Positions 7,964 to 16,430 of a stretch of 20,000 nt of DNA are shown in pieces. How positions within the stretch are numbered: position 1 is the stretch's first letter; every line of letters begins with the position of its first letter. Both the position numbers and the translations under genes were made by a program. This DNA is from an uncultured virus (IMG/VR IMGVR_UViG_3300044796_000330) (lineage: Duplodnaviria; Heunggongvirae; Uroviricota; Caudoviricetes), in the IMG/VR virus record IMGVR_UViG_3300044796_000330. One strand, 5' to 3'. The notes below the pieces were generated by a model that was not told the origin of the DNA, ran no database searches, and saw only the letters and a program-made list of their open reading frames with translations.

Positions 7964-8890
7964 ATGAAACAGAATATAAAAGAACAAGCAATGCGAATGA
8001 GTGATAACTCACCAGTATTTGATATTTGGCACGGAGACTGTTTGAATAGGCTTAAAGATATTGAATCGAATATTGTTGATTTGATTATCACCTCTCCACC
8101 CTATGCGGATCAAAGGAAATCTACATACGGGGGCATCGCACCGGATAGTTATGTGGAGTGGTTTTTACCGATCGCAAATGAGCTACGCCGCGTGTTAAAG
8201 CCAGATGGCACTTTTATACTGAACATAAAAGAGAAGGTAGTCTCGGGACAAAGGCACCCATATGTTCTCAAGCTAATTCTAGCGCTGATGGATAGTGAAT
8301 GGATATGGACTGAGGAGTTTATATGGCACAAGAAGACAAGCGTGCCTGGTAAGTGGCCGAATAGATTTCGAGATGCCTGGGAAAGATGCTTGCAGTTCAA
8401 TAAACAAAAAGCATTTTCAATGTATCAAGATGCGGTAAAAATACCAATAGGCGATTGGGCGAATACACGACTTAAAAATCTATCCGATGCAGATAAATCT
8501 AGGCACGAATCGGATACGAAAAGTGGATTCGGTAGAAACATGTCAAATTGGGTTGGAAAGGATACCGTATATCCAACAAATGTGCTGCATATGGCGGCAG
8601 AATGTGGCAATAAAAACCATAGTGCAGCATTTCCAAAGGCGCTTCCAGAATGGTTCATTAAGTTATTCACACAAGAAGGAGATTTCGTATTGGATCCATT
8701 TGCAGGCAGCGGCACAACATTATTTGCTGCCCGTGAATTAAACCGTAATTCTCTCGGCATAGAGATTGATGAACAGTATGTAAGGAACATTAAAAGCGAC
8801 TATGAATACAAGTATAATATTGGAAACACAACGAGCCGTAAAAGCACATCAGAATTCAATTCTACACCGTTTGGGGGACTTAAAAAGTAA
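7964..8890 (+). CDS. DNA amino-methyltransferase, beta class (N6_N4_Mtase, probably m4C)
   Basis: GDCL, motif IV TSPPY near the N-terminus, LKPDG, IWHK, HSAAFP, then motif I VLDPFAGSGTT and GIEID near the C-terminus. The start may be 7964, 7991 or 7997. Confidence 0.95.
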   Translation: MKQNIKEQAMRMSDNSPVFDIWHGDCLNRLKDIESNIVDLIITSPPYADQRKSTYGGIAPDSYVEWFLPIANELRRVLKPDGTFILNIKEKVVSGQRHPYVLKLILALMDSEWIWTEEFIWHKKTSVPGKWPNRFRDAWERCLQFNKQKAFSMYQDAVKIPIGDWANTRLKNLSDADKSRHESDTKSGFGRNMSNWVGKDTVYPTNVLHMAAECGNKNHSAAFPKALPEWFIKLFTQEGDFVLDPFAGSGTTLFAARELNRNSLGIEIDEQYVRNIKSDYEYKYNIGNTTSRKSTSEFNSTPFGGLKK

Positions 8891-9569
8891 GGACGCATTC
8901 AATAAAGCATCACTATCCAATAGGTGGCCACTAAAAATGAGTTGCGAATATATCACACCCGAATGCGTGGCATTTCATATGGTAGATAAGTTTGTTCTGC
9001 ATAGTCGAGAAACTATGACTGGCCAACTGACAGAGGCGATCGTTCTTGGTGTATTAAAAGCGTCAGGTAAATGGGACGAAATATATTCGGACAATGAGGA
9101 CGCCGGAAGTTCAAAAATGAAAGCGATAAATTTGCAACAGGTAGATCGTTTATACTTATCTCATAGGAGAAAAATCGTGTGCGCAGATCAAGGAAAATCA
9201 TCACATAATTTTGGCAACAAAACCAGCAATATGCAGATTATAAGAAATCACAAACATAATATCGAAGCGTTGAGAGCCAAATTTCCTGATTATGAATGTC
9301 ATTCGATAGTATCATCTCCATTTGGGAAAAATGAAACGCCTGAACTTAATATGCTCTGTGGAAAGCGGGCGTTTTCTTGGTGGGGGTTGCCCGATGGTAT
9401 ATCTATTTCGGACATTGGAGAACTAATAAAGTATGACGACGCATTCGAACGCGAATGTGATCGTTTGAAACACGACATAATTAATCATTGGGCATCTTAT
9501 TTGCCAAAAAGTGAGTGGGCGTTAGGATACTGGCTTGATGGAAGCGAAGAACACGAGGTATTACAATGA
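8802..9569 (+). CDS. Putative Type II restriction endonuclease (divergent PD-(D/E)xK, PmeII/EcoO109I-like)
   Basis: Overlaps the MTase. ET..GQLTE, VD and QGKSSHNFGN resemble the ET.FG..LE, ID and IKSGPNWGN pattern recalled for this family. Confidence 0.5.
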   Translation: MNTSIILETQRAVKAHQNSILHRLGDLKSKDAFNKASLSNRWPLKMSCEYITPECVAFHMVDKFVLHSRETMTGQLTEAIVLGVLKASGKWDEIYSDNEDAGSSKMKAINLQQVDRLYLSHRRKIVCADQGKSSHNFGNKTSNMQIIRNHKHNIEALRAKFPDYECHSIVSSPFGKNETPELNMLCGKRAFSWWGLPDGISISDIGELIKYDDAFERECDRLKHDIINHWASYLPKSEWALGYWLDGSEEHEVLQ

Positions 9570-9826
9570 GCTGGGCATTCGCCGTTTTCGCAATATTCTT
9601 CACTCTATTCTTCTTCGTTTTCTCATTCTTTCTCTATGTGTATCATCGAGAATACGATCGCGAGGAACGCATTGTCGCCGATCTGCAAAAAGCGAGAGAG
9701 ATGCAAAGTAAGATCGATTTGATCTACCTGCCCATTGAGAAAGTTCCGCAGGCAAAGAACCCTAAATCACAGGAACGAACCGACGTCATTGACGTTGATC
9801 TCTCGAAGAAAAAGAACATAAACTGA
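9566..9826 (+). CDS. Small bitopic membrane protein
   Basis: Phe-rich N-terminal TM helix and charged C-terminal tail. ATGA overlap with the upstream gene. Confidence 0.75.
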   Translation: MSWAFAVFAIFFTLFFFVFSFFLYVYHREYDREERIVADLQKAREMQSKIDLIYLPIEKVPQAKNPKSQERTDVIDVDLSKKKNIN

Positions 9827-9853
9827 GGCGCAGAGCGCCGGAAAGCATAGAGA

Positions 9854-10414
9854 ATGAAAAAGATGGCTGGCTTAAGGGTCTTGGTTGTCAGTGCGTTGCT
9901 ATTGTTGCCTTTTTTCGGATGGTCTTGCACCAGAATAGTCAAATCAGCACAATTTGATAATGCGTGCGATAATCACATGCAAGAGGCTTTTGCTGCGACA
10001 AATCTCGAATCAAATATCGATTATATGGTTGCTCAATCTGATATTGCCAAGCAATATCTTGAACGACACAACATTACACACGGATACACCTCGATCTTCT
10101 TTCAAGGTAAAGAAGATAATATGGAGGTTTATTACAACGATGTTGTGAGACGCAATAACTATTTTCATATGCTGCAAAAGACTCCAGTAATGACACTAAC
10201 TTCTCCATTGCACGATTTGGAGGAATTTGCAGAGATGAGAAACAACTCGTCTTCTTCATCTGATTCATCCAAGCAGAGAACTTATGTTGTGCCGGATGGC
10301 ATCAGTATATTCCCACACAACACTTTGTTTTTCTGGTGGTTTGTGGCGTCTGTCTTTTTGGGAGCATTCGGTATTCTTGGCATCATTGTTTTCTTCGAGG
10401 AAAAGAATCGATAG
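9854..10414 (+). CDS. Membrane protein with N- and C-terminal hydrophobic segments
   Basis: Signal-like or TM N-terminus, GYTSIF and PDGISIFPHN motifs, and a C-terminal TM helix. Confidence 0.8.
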   Translation: MKKMAGLRVLVVSALLLLPFFGWSCTRIVKSAQFDNACDNHMQEAFAATNLESNIDYMVAQSDIAKQYLERHNITHGYTSIFFQGKEDNMEVYYNDVVRRNNYFHMLQKTPVMTLTSPLHDLEEFAEMRNNSSSSSDSSKQRTYVVPDGISIFPHNTLFFWWFVASVFLGAFGILGIIVFFEEKNR

Positions 10415-10424
10415 TTTCTGACGG

Positions 10425-10453
10425 TTGCCAAAAATATTGTGTGATGTTATTTT
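10425..10453 (+). promoter_or_regulatory. Putative sigma70-type promoter for the AAA-VWA operon
   Basis: TTGCCA (10425-10430), 17-bp spacer, TATTTT (10448-10453) with an extended -10 TG at 10445-10446. AGGAG RBS at 10470-10474. Confidence 0.55.
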
Positions 10454-10483
10454 GTCGTGTGTTATCGATAGGAGTATCTTTAT

Positions 10484-12724
10484 ATGTCATCCGCTTCCGA
10501 TTTTAATTTACAACGTGTTAATACAAAAGAGCTTTACGACAATCTCCTCGCCACCATAGAATACGGAGGAAATGTATTCGTTGCAGGCCAAAGAGGTATT
10601 GGTAAAATGCTATCGTTGGATACAGACGTTCCAACGCCTACCGGCTTTACTAAGCTTCGCGATCTTAAGGAGCAGGATGAAATATTTGACGAAAATGGCG
10701 ATATTTGTCGAGTATTAAAATTACACCCTATTGACGAAAAACCAATTTCGTATCGCATTACATTTGATGATGGCAATACGGTAGATGCGTGCAAAGATCA
10801 CTTATGGCTTACTTGGACAAAATCAGCACGACTTAGATTTTGTCCAAATCTTGCGAGCTATAAGAAGAAGCGGTTCCCGTCAGATCCGGCTATAAGAACC
10901 ACTCAGCAGATTTTTAACACACTAACTGTTTGTGGAAAAAAACGAGAAACCAATCACTCGATTCCATGTTCTAAACCAGTTAGATATCCAGAAAAGGACT
11001 TACCGATTGACCCATATGTTCTTGGAATTTGGCTTGGTGATGGAACCACCAATAGTGGTATAGTCGAAAGTGCGGACAATGAGATACTCGATAATCTAAT
11101 ATCGGCAGGATATAACCTAAGACAATATAAACCAGGTGCGGGCAAGTATAAATCAAAATCACGCTCCTATCGTGTTGGTGATTTGGTTCCAGTGTCGGAA
11201 GGCGGATGTGGTCGCGGAACAGGACAACTGAAAATGGCTCTGTCTCAGCAAAAATTGCTCGGACATAAACACATTCCAAATGAATATCTATATGCCTCTT
11301 ATGAGCAAAGACTTTCTCTTCTACAAGGATTATTAGATTCGGATGGTTTTTGCAGTAAGGGAGAGCCTGAAAAAGCAGGAAAACGAGGCGACAATAAAGG
11401 CCGTATAGAATTTTGCACGGTATTGCCTGAACTTGGGGAACAGGTTCTTCAACTGATAAGAAGTCTCGGCATAAAGGCTAATATTCATAAGTCCGAAAGC
11501 TGGCTATACGATATTCAGCACAAGGATCGATATAGGATAAGCTTTACCACACAATTGCCTGTATTCAGGCTTTCAAGAAAGCTCGATAGTATTCGTATTG
11601 ATAAAAATCACCTGACGAGAACTACTCACCGCTATATCACAAATGTGGAACCGATAGAGCCTGTTCCTATGCGCTGTATAACAGTCGATAGTCCTAATGG
11701 TCTATTTCTGATTACAAAATCATTTATACCAACCCACAATACCCACATCGCCAAGCAAGCAATAGAAAAATCTCACAAACGCGAAGTCTATCTAAATGCA
11801 TCGGTATTTGATCGTTGTGATTTGGCTGGATTTCCACGTTTAACTTCGGATCAGAAGGACGAATTCATTCGCTTCCTTTTGCCGGATTACTATCGATATC
11901 TTATCGAGGGCAAAGAACAGTGTGTCGTTCTATTCGATGAAATCGACAAGAGCGATGCTTCCATCCTCGCGCCTCTGCTTGAATTCATACAACTGCACTC
12001 CGTTAATGGTCGTCCATTAAACAATCTTGCCGCTGTTATTATGACCGGCAACTTGATTGCCGAAGGTGGCCAGCGCCCATCTCTTCCACTTTTGGATAGG
12101 GCGGAGGGTTTCGTCGTAGAGAGTTCGTTGCGGCACTTCCTCGAATGGGGAGCGACCTCCGGTGAGATTCATCCAAGCGTTGCGGCATATCTAAACGATC
12201 ACCCAGATGATCTTATGGGGGACGTCGATATTGGGGATAACTATAAGAGTGCGTCTCCTCGTGGATGGCATAATTACTCAAAGGTAATGCGCTTCGGCGA
12301 GGAACGGAAATGGAACCGTGAGATGCTTAAGGCGAAAGCCGGAGCAATTCTTGGCAAGAAAGTTGGCATCCAATACGCATCCTACTTTGACCACTATATT
12401 GTTCTTCTACCATATATAGAGAGAATTATGTCTGGTGATATACCTAGAGATTTTGGGAGCCTTAATCCAACGAAACAGATTGTCGCGTGTATGGCTGTTT
12501 GTGCGCGTGCTGCCAATGAGATAGATCAACTTGGCAAGAACGGAACCTACAACGCTCTCAATACGATTGGTCGTTTCCTTCAAACAGTTGATCCTGAGAT
12601 GGCTTTTATTTCCTTAAGGTCTCAGATTAATTTGAAACGACTGATTTCGGTATCATTTGAAAAGTATCCGGATTTTGACGCGGTGCTTGAAATTTTGCGC
12701 AAACGTCTTTACGTTGATAAGTGA
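10484..12724 (+). CDS. MoxR-like AAA+ ATPase precursor containing an intein (368 aa after splicing)
   Basis: Walker A GQRGIGK|T is restored on intein removal. Walker B VVLFDE, sensor-1 MTGN, Arg finger LLDR and SPRGW are present. Confidence 0.92.
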   Translation: MSSASDFNLQRVNTKELYDNLLATIEYGGNVFVAGQRGIGKMLSLDTDVPTPTGFTKLRDLKEQDEIFDENGDICRVLKLHPIDEKPISYRITFDDGNTVDACKDHLWLTWTKSARLRFCPNLASYKKKRFPSDPAIRTTQQIFNTLTVCGKKRETNHSIPCSKPVRYPEKDLPIDPYVLGIWLGDGTTNSGIVESADNEILDNLISAGYNLRQYKPGAGKYKSKSRSYRVGDLVPVSEGGCGRGTGQLKMALSQQKLLGHKHIPNEYLYASYEQRLSLLQGLLDSDGFCSKGEPEKAGKRGDNKGRIEFCTVLPELGEQVLQLIRSLGIKANIHKSESWLYDIQHKDRYRISFTTQLPVFRLSRKLDSIRIDKNHLTRTTHRYITNVEPIEPVPMRCITVDSPNGLFLITKSFIPTHNTHIAKQAIEKSHKREVYLNASVFDRCDLAGFPRLTSDQKDEFIRFLLPDYYRYLIEGKEQCVVLFDEIDKSDASILAPLLEFIQLHSVNGRPLNNLAAVIMTGNLIAEGGQRPSLPLLDRAEGFVVESSLRHFLEWGATSGEIHPSVAAYLNDHPDDLMGDVDIGDNYKSASPRGWHNYSKVMRFGEERKWNREMLKAKAGAILGKKVGIQYASYFDHYIVLLPYIERIMSGDIPRDFGSLNPTKQIVACMAVCARAANEIDQLGKNGTYNALNTIGRFLQTVDPEMAFISLRSQINLKRLISVSFEKYPDFDAVLEILRKRLYVDK
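10607..11740 (+). mobile_element. Class 3 intein (378 aa) with LAGLIDADG homing endonuclease
   Basis: Block A MLSLDTDVPTPTGF, block B ACKDHLW, LAGLIDADG motifs LGIWLGDG and LLQGLLDSDG, block F MRCITVD, block G IPTHN, and +1 Thr. Confidence 0.93.
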
Positions 12725-12734
12725 TTAGGAATTT

Positions 12735-14510
12735 ATGCGATTTAGCAAGATATTAGGCAACATAGAAGATAACGACGACGAAGTAAGGGCAATAATAAGA
12801 CAATGCGAGGAAAAGATTTCTCTCGCATTTACCGAACTTGCTCTTGCGTATAACACGATTGGAGCTGCTACGAAAATCGGCGGCGATCCGTTTATCTTTC
12901 AGCTCGTTTATCCGATGCGACATATATGCGATCTTTCTGCCTTCTATCTAAAAAGGTTTAAAGCAAAGGAGAAAGAATTTGAGAAGCGCGTTGAGGCGGG
13001 AGACGACCTATCACAAGAAGATGCTGAGAATCATTCAGATGCACGCAAACTTCGTAAATCAATGCGTGGTCGTGTGCTTACCACGGCAGCAACTAACGGA
13101 TCGGCAATCTACTATTCGCCGGAGTTCGTTAATAAACTATCACGTATAGGCGTTCGCATTCTTCTGCAACACGAGGCGCTGCACGGGGCATTGTGCCATC
13201 CAAGCCGTAGAGGCAGCAGAATGCCTCACTTGTTCAACATTGCAGTAGATTTCAAAGTCAATTACCTTATTCTTGCTGACTTGGCTTCTCGTGGTATAGC
13301 CAATTATGAGAAGCTATTCAGAGATAATATGGGTGAATATATCTTACTCGAAGAGTATGCGCAGTTTTTGCGAGATCCATTCAATCCGCCAGCAAAGATG
13401 GCTCATTTCAATCCTACGATTGCAATGAAAAAGCGCCTCGATCCTGGCTATCAAGATCCAAGCGACAATGCTCCTCCTATGTTTTTCGCCGAACCAAATT
13501 TGGAAGGTGATATGCGCAGGCCAGAGTATATCTATGACTATCTTCTGAAACAAATCCCTAAATGCGATATTTGCGGACGATTGGGCAAATACAAGAAGCC
13601 TGACGCATATAGAGAACTGGAAAAGAAAGCGAAAGAGCTTGATGAGATAGATAAGCTTGCTTGCGATGGAAAATGCAACGGACTACACAATCACACTCCG
13701 CCGCACGAACATACTGACGCCTGCAAAGATAAATGCACGGAACCAAAAGTATGCGACTGCGAGAAAAACGAAGATGGCAGCGGAGAAGGATATTTTGATC
13801 CTTTCGGAGCAGGTGGTCTTATGGACGAGCACATCGACGCAGATATAAGCGAAGATGAGATGGCTAAAAGACTGCACGACGCTGCCGAATCAGCGAAAAA
13901 TCTGGGTGGAAAGTTGTCTGGCGGGATTGAGGAAGAGATTGGCGAACTTATAAGCCCAAAAATGTCGTATAAGGATTTCATACGGACGCGACTTCGTCGT
14001 ATTCAAGATGGTGGGCATAAGAGCGACTGGACGAGGCCGAAAATGAAACCATTGTTCGTTGGACTATATTCCCCAACAAAAAGAACAAGTATAGCAAACT
14101 TCGTATGTCTTGTTGATTCGAGTGCGTCAATGGATATTGATTCAGACGTGTCATTTGGAATTAGCCAGATTGCCGCAATGGGAGAATGTGCTCGCGGGTG
14201 GATTGGAACATTTGATACCCAACTTTATCCAGAGAGTTTTGTTAAGATGACCTCGGCAAAAGTTGAGGAATTGCGCAAGACAAAGATTGTCGGTAGAGGG
14301 GGGACATCGATTGCACACGCTCTTGAACACTATGAGGAGCACACAGGCAAAGCTGATGTTCTTGTGATTATCAGCGATGGTGGCTGGATTGAAACCACCG
14401 AGCAAATTGAAAATGCTTTACCGAAGAAAACTGATGTCGTGTTCTTGCTTACAAGACCAACGCCTGAATTTAAACCGCAAGGTGCAAGAGTATTCCGACT
14501 GAGAGATTAA
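12735..14510 (+). CDS. HExxH metallopeptidase-like plus VWA domain protein (DUF2201/COG3864-like), MoxR partner
   Basis: TAATNG, HEALH and FNIAVDFKVN in the N-terminal half. MIDAS motif VDSSAS, GRGGT and ISDG in the C-terminal half. Lies directly downstream of the AAA gene with an AGGA RBS. Confidence 0.88.
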   Translation: MRFSKILGNIEDNDDEVRAIIRQCEEKISLAFTELALAYNTIGAATKIGGDPFIFQLVYPMRHICDLSAFYLKRFKAKEKEFEKRVEAGDDLSQEDAENHSDARKLRKSMRGRVLTTAATNGSAIYYSPEFVNKLSRIGVRILLQHEALHGALCHPSRRGSRMPHLFNIAVDFKVNYLILADLASRGIANYEKLFRDNMGEYILLEEYAQFLRDPFNPPAKMAHFNPTIAMKKRLDPGYQDPSDNAPPMFFAEPNLEGDMRRPEYIYDYLLKQIPKCDICGRLGKYKKPDAYRELEKKAKELDEIDKLACDGKCNGLHNHTPPHEHTDACKDKCTEPKVCDCEKNEDGSGEGYFDPFGAGGLMDEHIDADISEDEMAKRLHDAAESAKNLGGKLSGGIEEEIGELISPKMSYKDFIRTRLRRIQDGGHKSDWTRPKMKPLFVGLYSPTKRTSIANFVCLVDSSASMDIDSDVSFGISQIAAMGECARGWIGTFDTQLYPESFVKMTSAKVEELRKTKIVGRGGTSIAHALEHYEEHTGKADVLVIISDGGWIETTEQIENALPKKTDVVFLLTRPTPEFKPQGARVFRLRD

Positions 14511-14511
14511 A

Positions 14512-14787
14512 ATGAAACTCACCAAACGCCAAAAATATATTGCAGCAGCGGCCGATCCAACATACGGAGGGTTCGCTACAAAAACAGAAGTTCGCCAATC
14601 AAAATTTATAGCTCGCGGCCACTATTGGAATGAAAAAGAATTTGAGCAATTTTGTTCATATTCCCCAACAGGAATACGGGCGTATTTTGGTTATAGTTGG
14701 TTCTCTTGGGCTACACCGAAACAAAAACTACGCGATATAAAAGAAGCACGCTCGGCATCACGATTATGGGCAAAAGGAAAATATTAA
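14512..14787 (+). CDS. Hypothetical basic protein
   Basis: 91-aa ORF starting 1 nt after the upstream stop. Confidence 0.7.
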   Translation: MKLTKRQKYIAAAADPTYGGFATKTEVRQSKFIARGHYWNEKEFEQFCSYSPTGIRAYFGYSWFSWATPKQKLRDIKEARSASRLWAKGKY

Positions 14788-14829
14788 GAGACTGATCATC
14801 TTTTGATTACGCGATCTAAGGAACAATAA

Positions 14830-15270
14830 ATGAAACACACAAACCTACTACTAACATCGATATTATCACTTAGCCTATTTGTGTGCGCCGCCGCGCCTTG
14901 TCCGGCGTCAGCGCCAATCTCGCACCCTACTAATGATGAAGCTATGAAAGTTTCACCGCTTAATTACATCTTCGATCTTACAATCGAGGCACAGAATGCA
15001 CGCAGACAGGCATTTCGACAAGAGTTGCTGAATCGTATGACACATCAAGCATCTCTTGGCGTTAGGACGATTAAATTTCAATCGTATAATGATGACGTTA
15101 ACAGATATGGCATTCTTTTCAAGGTTGGCGCCAATGAGGCTCTATCCAACGATGATGATTGGGCTGACGCAGGGCAATACCTAACATCACTTGGCTTCAA
15201 TGTTAAATTCACGTCTGATCACGATAACATCTATCAAAGAGACTACAAGTCCTGCACGATCTCGTGGTAA
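14830..15270 (+). CDS. Hypothetical exported protein
   Basis: AAGGA RBS. Signal-peptide-like N-terminus ending in A-S-A. Confidence 0.7.
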   Translation: MKHTNLLLTSILSLSLFVCAAAPCPASAPISHPTNDEAMKVSPLNYIFDLTIEAQNARRQAFRQELLNRMTHQASLGVRTIKFQSYNDDVNRYGILFKVGANEALSNDDDWADAGQYLTSLGFNVKFTSDHDNIYQRDYKSCTISW

Positions 15271-15273
15271 AAA

Positions 15274-15849
15274 ATGGCTACATATTTCACATCTGACGAA
15301 CATTACGATCACCCACGAATACTTTTATACTCAAAAAGGGATTTCGAGAATGTTTATCATATGCGAGAAACATTGATCGCTAACCATAACGCCATAGTAA
15401 AACCTCAAGATACAGTCATTCATCTTGGTGATTTTTCACTTAACCTGAAAACCGTTCCTCTTGTGGCGCCGAGACTTAATGGCAAGAAAATTCTTGTGAT
15501 AGGAAATCACGATCGCTGCTTCCATCTGAAAAAGAACGCAGAAAAAGATATGGCAACATATCGTCGATACTTTGACGAAGTCGTCATTGATAAACATATG
15601 ATGGTTGGGGACTATCCAGTCTATCTAAACCATTTTCCATTTCGTTCTAATTACGAGACGGAGAGATATCATATGCAACGACCGACGCCTGACGATATGA
15701 ATGGTGCGGTGGTGCTTGTTCATGGGCACGTCCATAACGCCTGGTCAGTGCGAGACAATATGATTAACGTTGGCGTTGATGTTCGGGGGTATGCGCCAAT
15801 TAGCGAAGATCAGCTTATTATAGAGATTGCAAAAATACTTGAGAAATGA
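15274..15849 (+). CDS. Calcineurin-like metallophosphoesterase (AQ1575/COG4186-like)
   Basis: Motifs SDEH, HLGD, GNHD, HFP, HGHVH and NVGVD. Confidence 0.93.
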   Translation: MATYFTSDEHYDHPRILLYSKRDFENVYHMRETLIANHNAIVKPQDTVIHLGDFSLNLKTVPLVAPRLNGKKILVIGNHDRCFHLKKNAEKDMATYRRYFDEVVIDKHMMVGDYPVYLNHFPFRSNYETERYHMQRPTPDDMNGAVVLVHGHVHNAWSVRDNMINVGVDVRGYAPISEDQLIIEIAKILEK

Positions 15850-15893
15850 CTGCGCTCGGCGCCTACCACAAAATCTAACATTCCAGCCTCCAC

Positions 15894-15922
15894 TTGACAT
15901 CTATCCCACCCGTCCTTACATT
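15894..15922 (+). promoter_or_regulatory. Near-consensus sigma70 promoter
   Basis: TTGACA (15894-15899), 17-bp spacer, TACATT (15917-15922), in the intergenic gap about 50 nt before the ATG at 15972. Confidence 0.8.
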
Positions 15923-15971
15923 ATCCCCGATACCGGCAGGCATTGCCCTGCACATTTACCGAAAAGACATT

Positions 15972-16430
15972 ATGAACCCATTTTATAAGCCAGAAATAGA
16001 TACAACCGTTAAACTATCAACCGATGACATCATTAACGTGATTCACGCCTCTATCTCCCGTATCGTTGATACAATGGAAGATGGGGAACGCATAAAGATG
16101 CGCGACCTTATGGACAAGGTAGCTGCGGACACAAAAATAAGAACAACCTCGATAGAAGCTTTCGTTCCGGCACTTGCCAACGCAATGCCAAATGCACACG
16201 TTAAAAAGGGACGCACTGGCGGTCTTGTAAAAGGCCCGAGAGTCATGCGAGTTGATAATCGACCGAGATGCCCAACCTGTCATCAGGTATTCCGCGGAGA
16301 CGCAAAGCATACAGAAGATGCTACTAATAGCACTTCGGTGCCAGAGAAAATCACAACAGATATAGATAAGACCGACGACGTCTACGATGAGATTGCCGCT
16401 GAGGTTTTTGGAGAAGATGATAATGAGTAA
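15972..16430 (+). CDS. Hypothetical protein, possibly winged-helix nucleic-acid-binding, with CxxC and an acidic tail
   Basis: Helical core followed by VKKGRTGGLVKG (wing-like), CPTCH and a D/E-rich C-terminus. ATG 15972 is preferred because the TTG at 15894 is the -35 box. Confidence 0.7.
   Translation: MNPFYKPEIDTTVKLSTDDIINVIHASISRIVDTMEDGERIKMRDLMDKVAADTKIRTTSIEAFVPALANAMPNAHVKKGRTGGLVKGPRVMRVDNRPRCPTCHQVFRGDAKHTEDATNSTSVPEKITTDIDKTDDVYDEIAAEVFGEDDNE

Noticed and set aside
15894..15971. N-terminal extension of the 178-aa ORF from TTG 15894
   Set aside because: That TTG is part of the TTGACA -35 box, and the segment is promoter and leader sequence.
16269..16283. CPTCH as a c-type heme-binding motif
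   Set aside because: The protein has no signal peptide or membrane anchor, so a Zn-binding half-site is more plausible.
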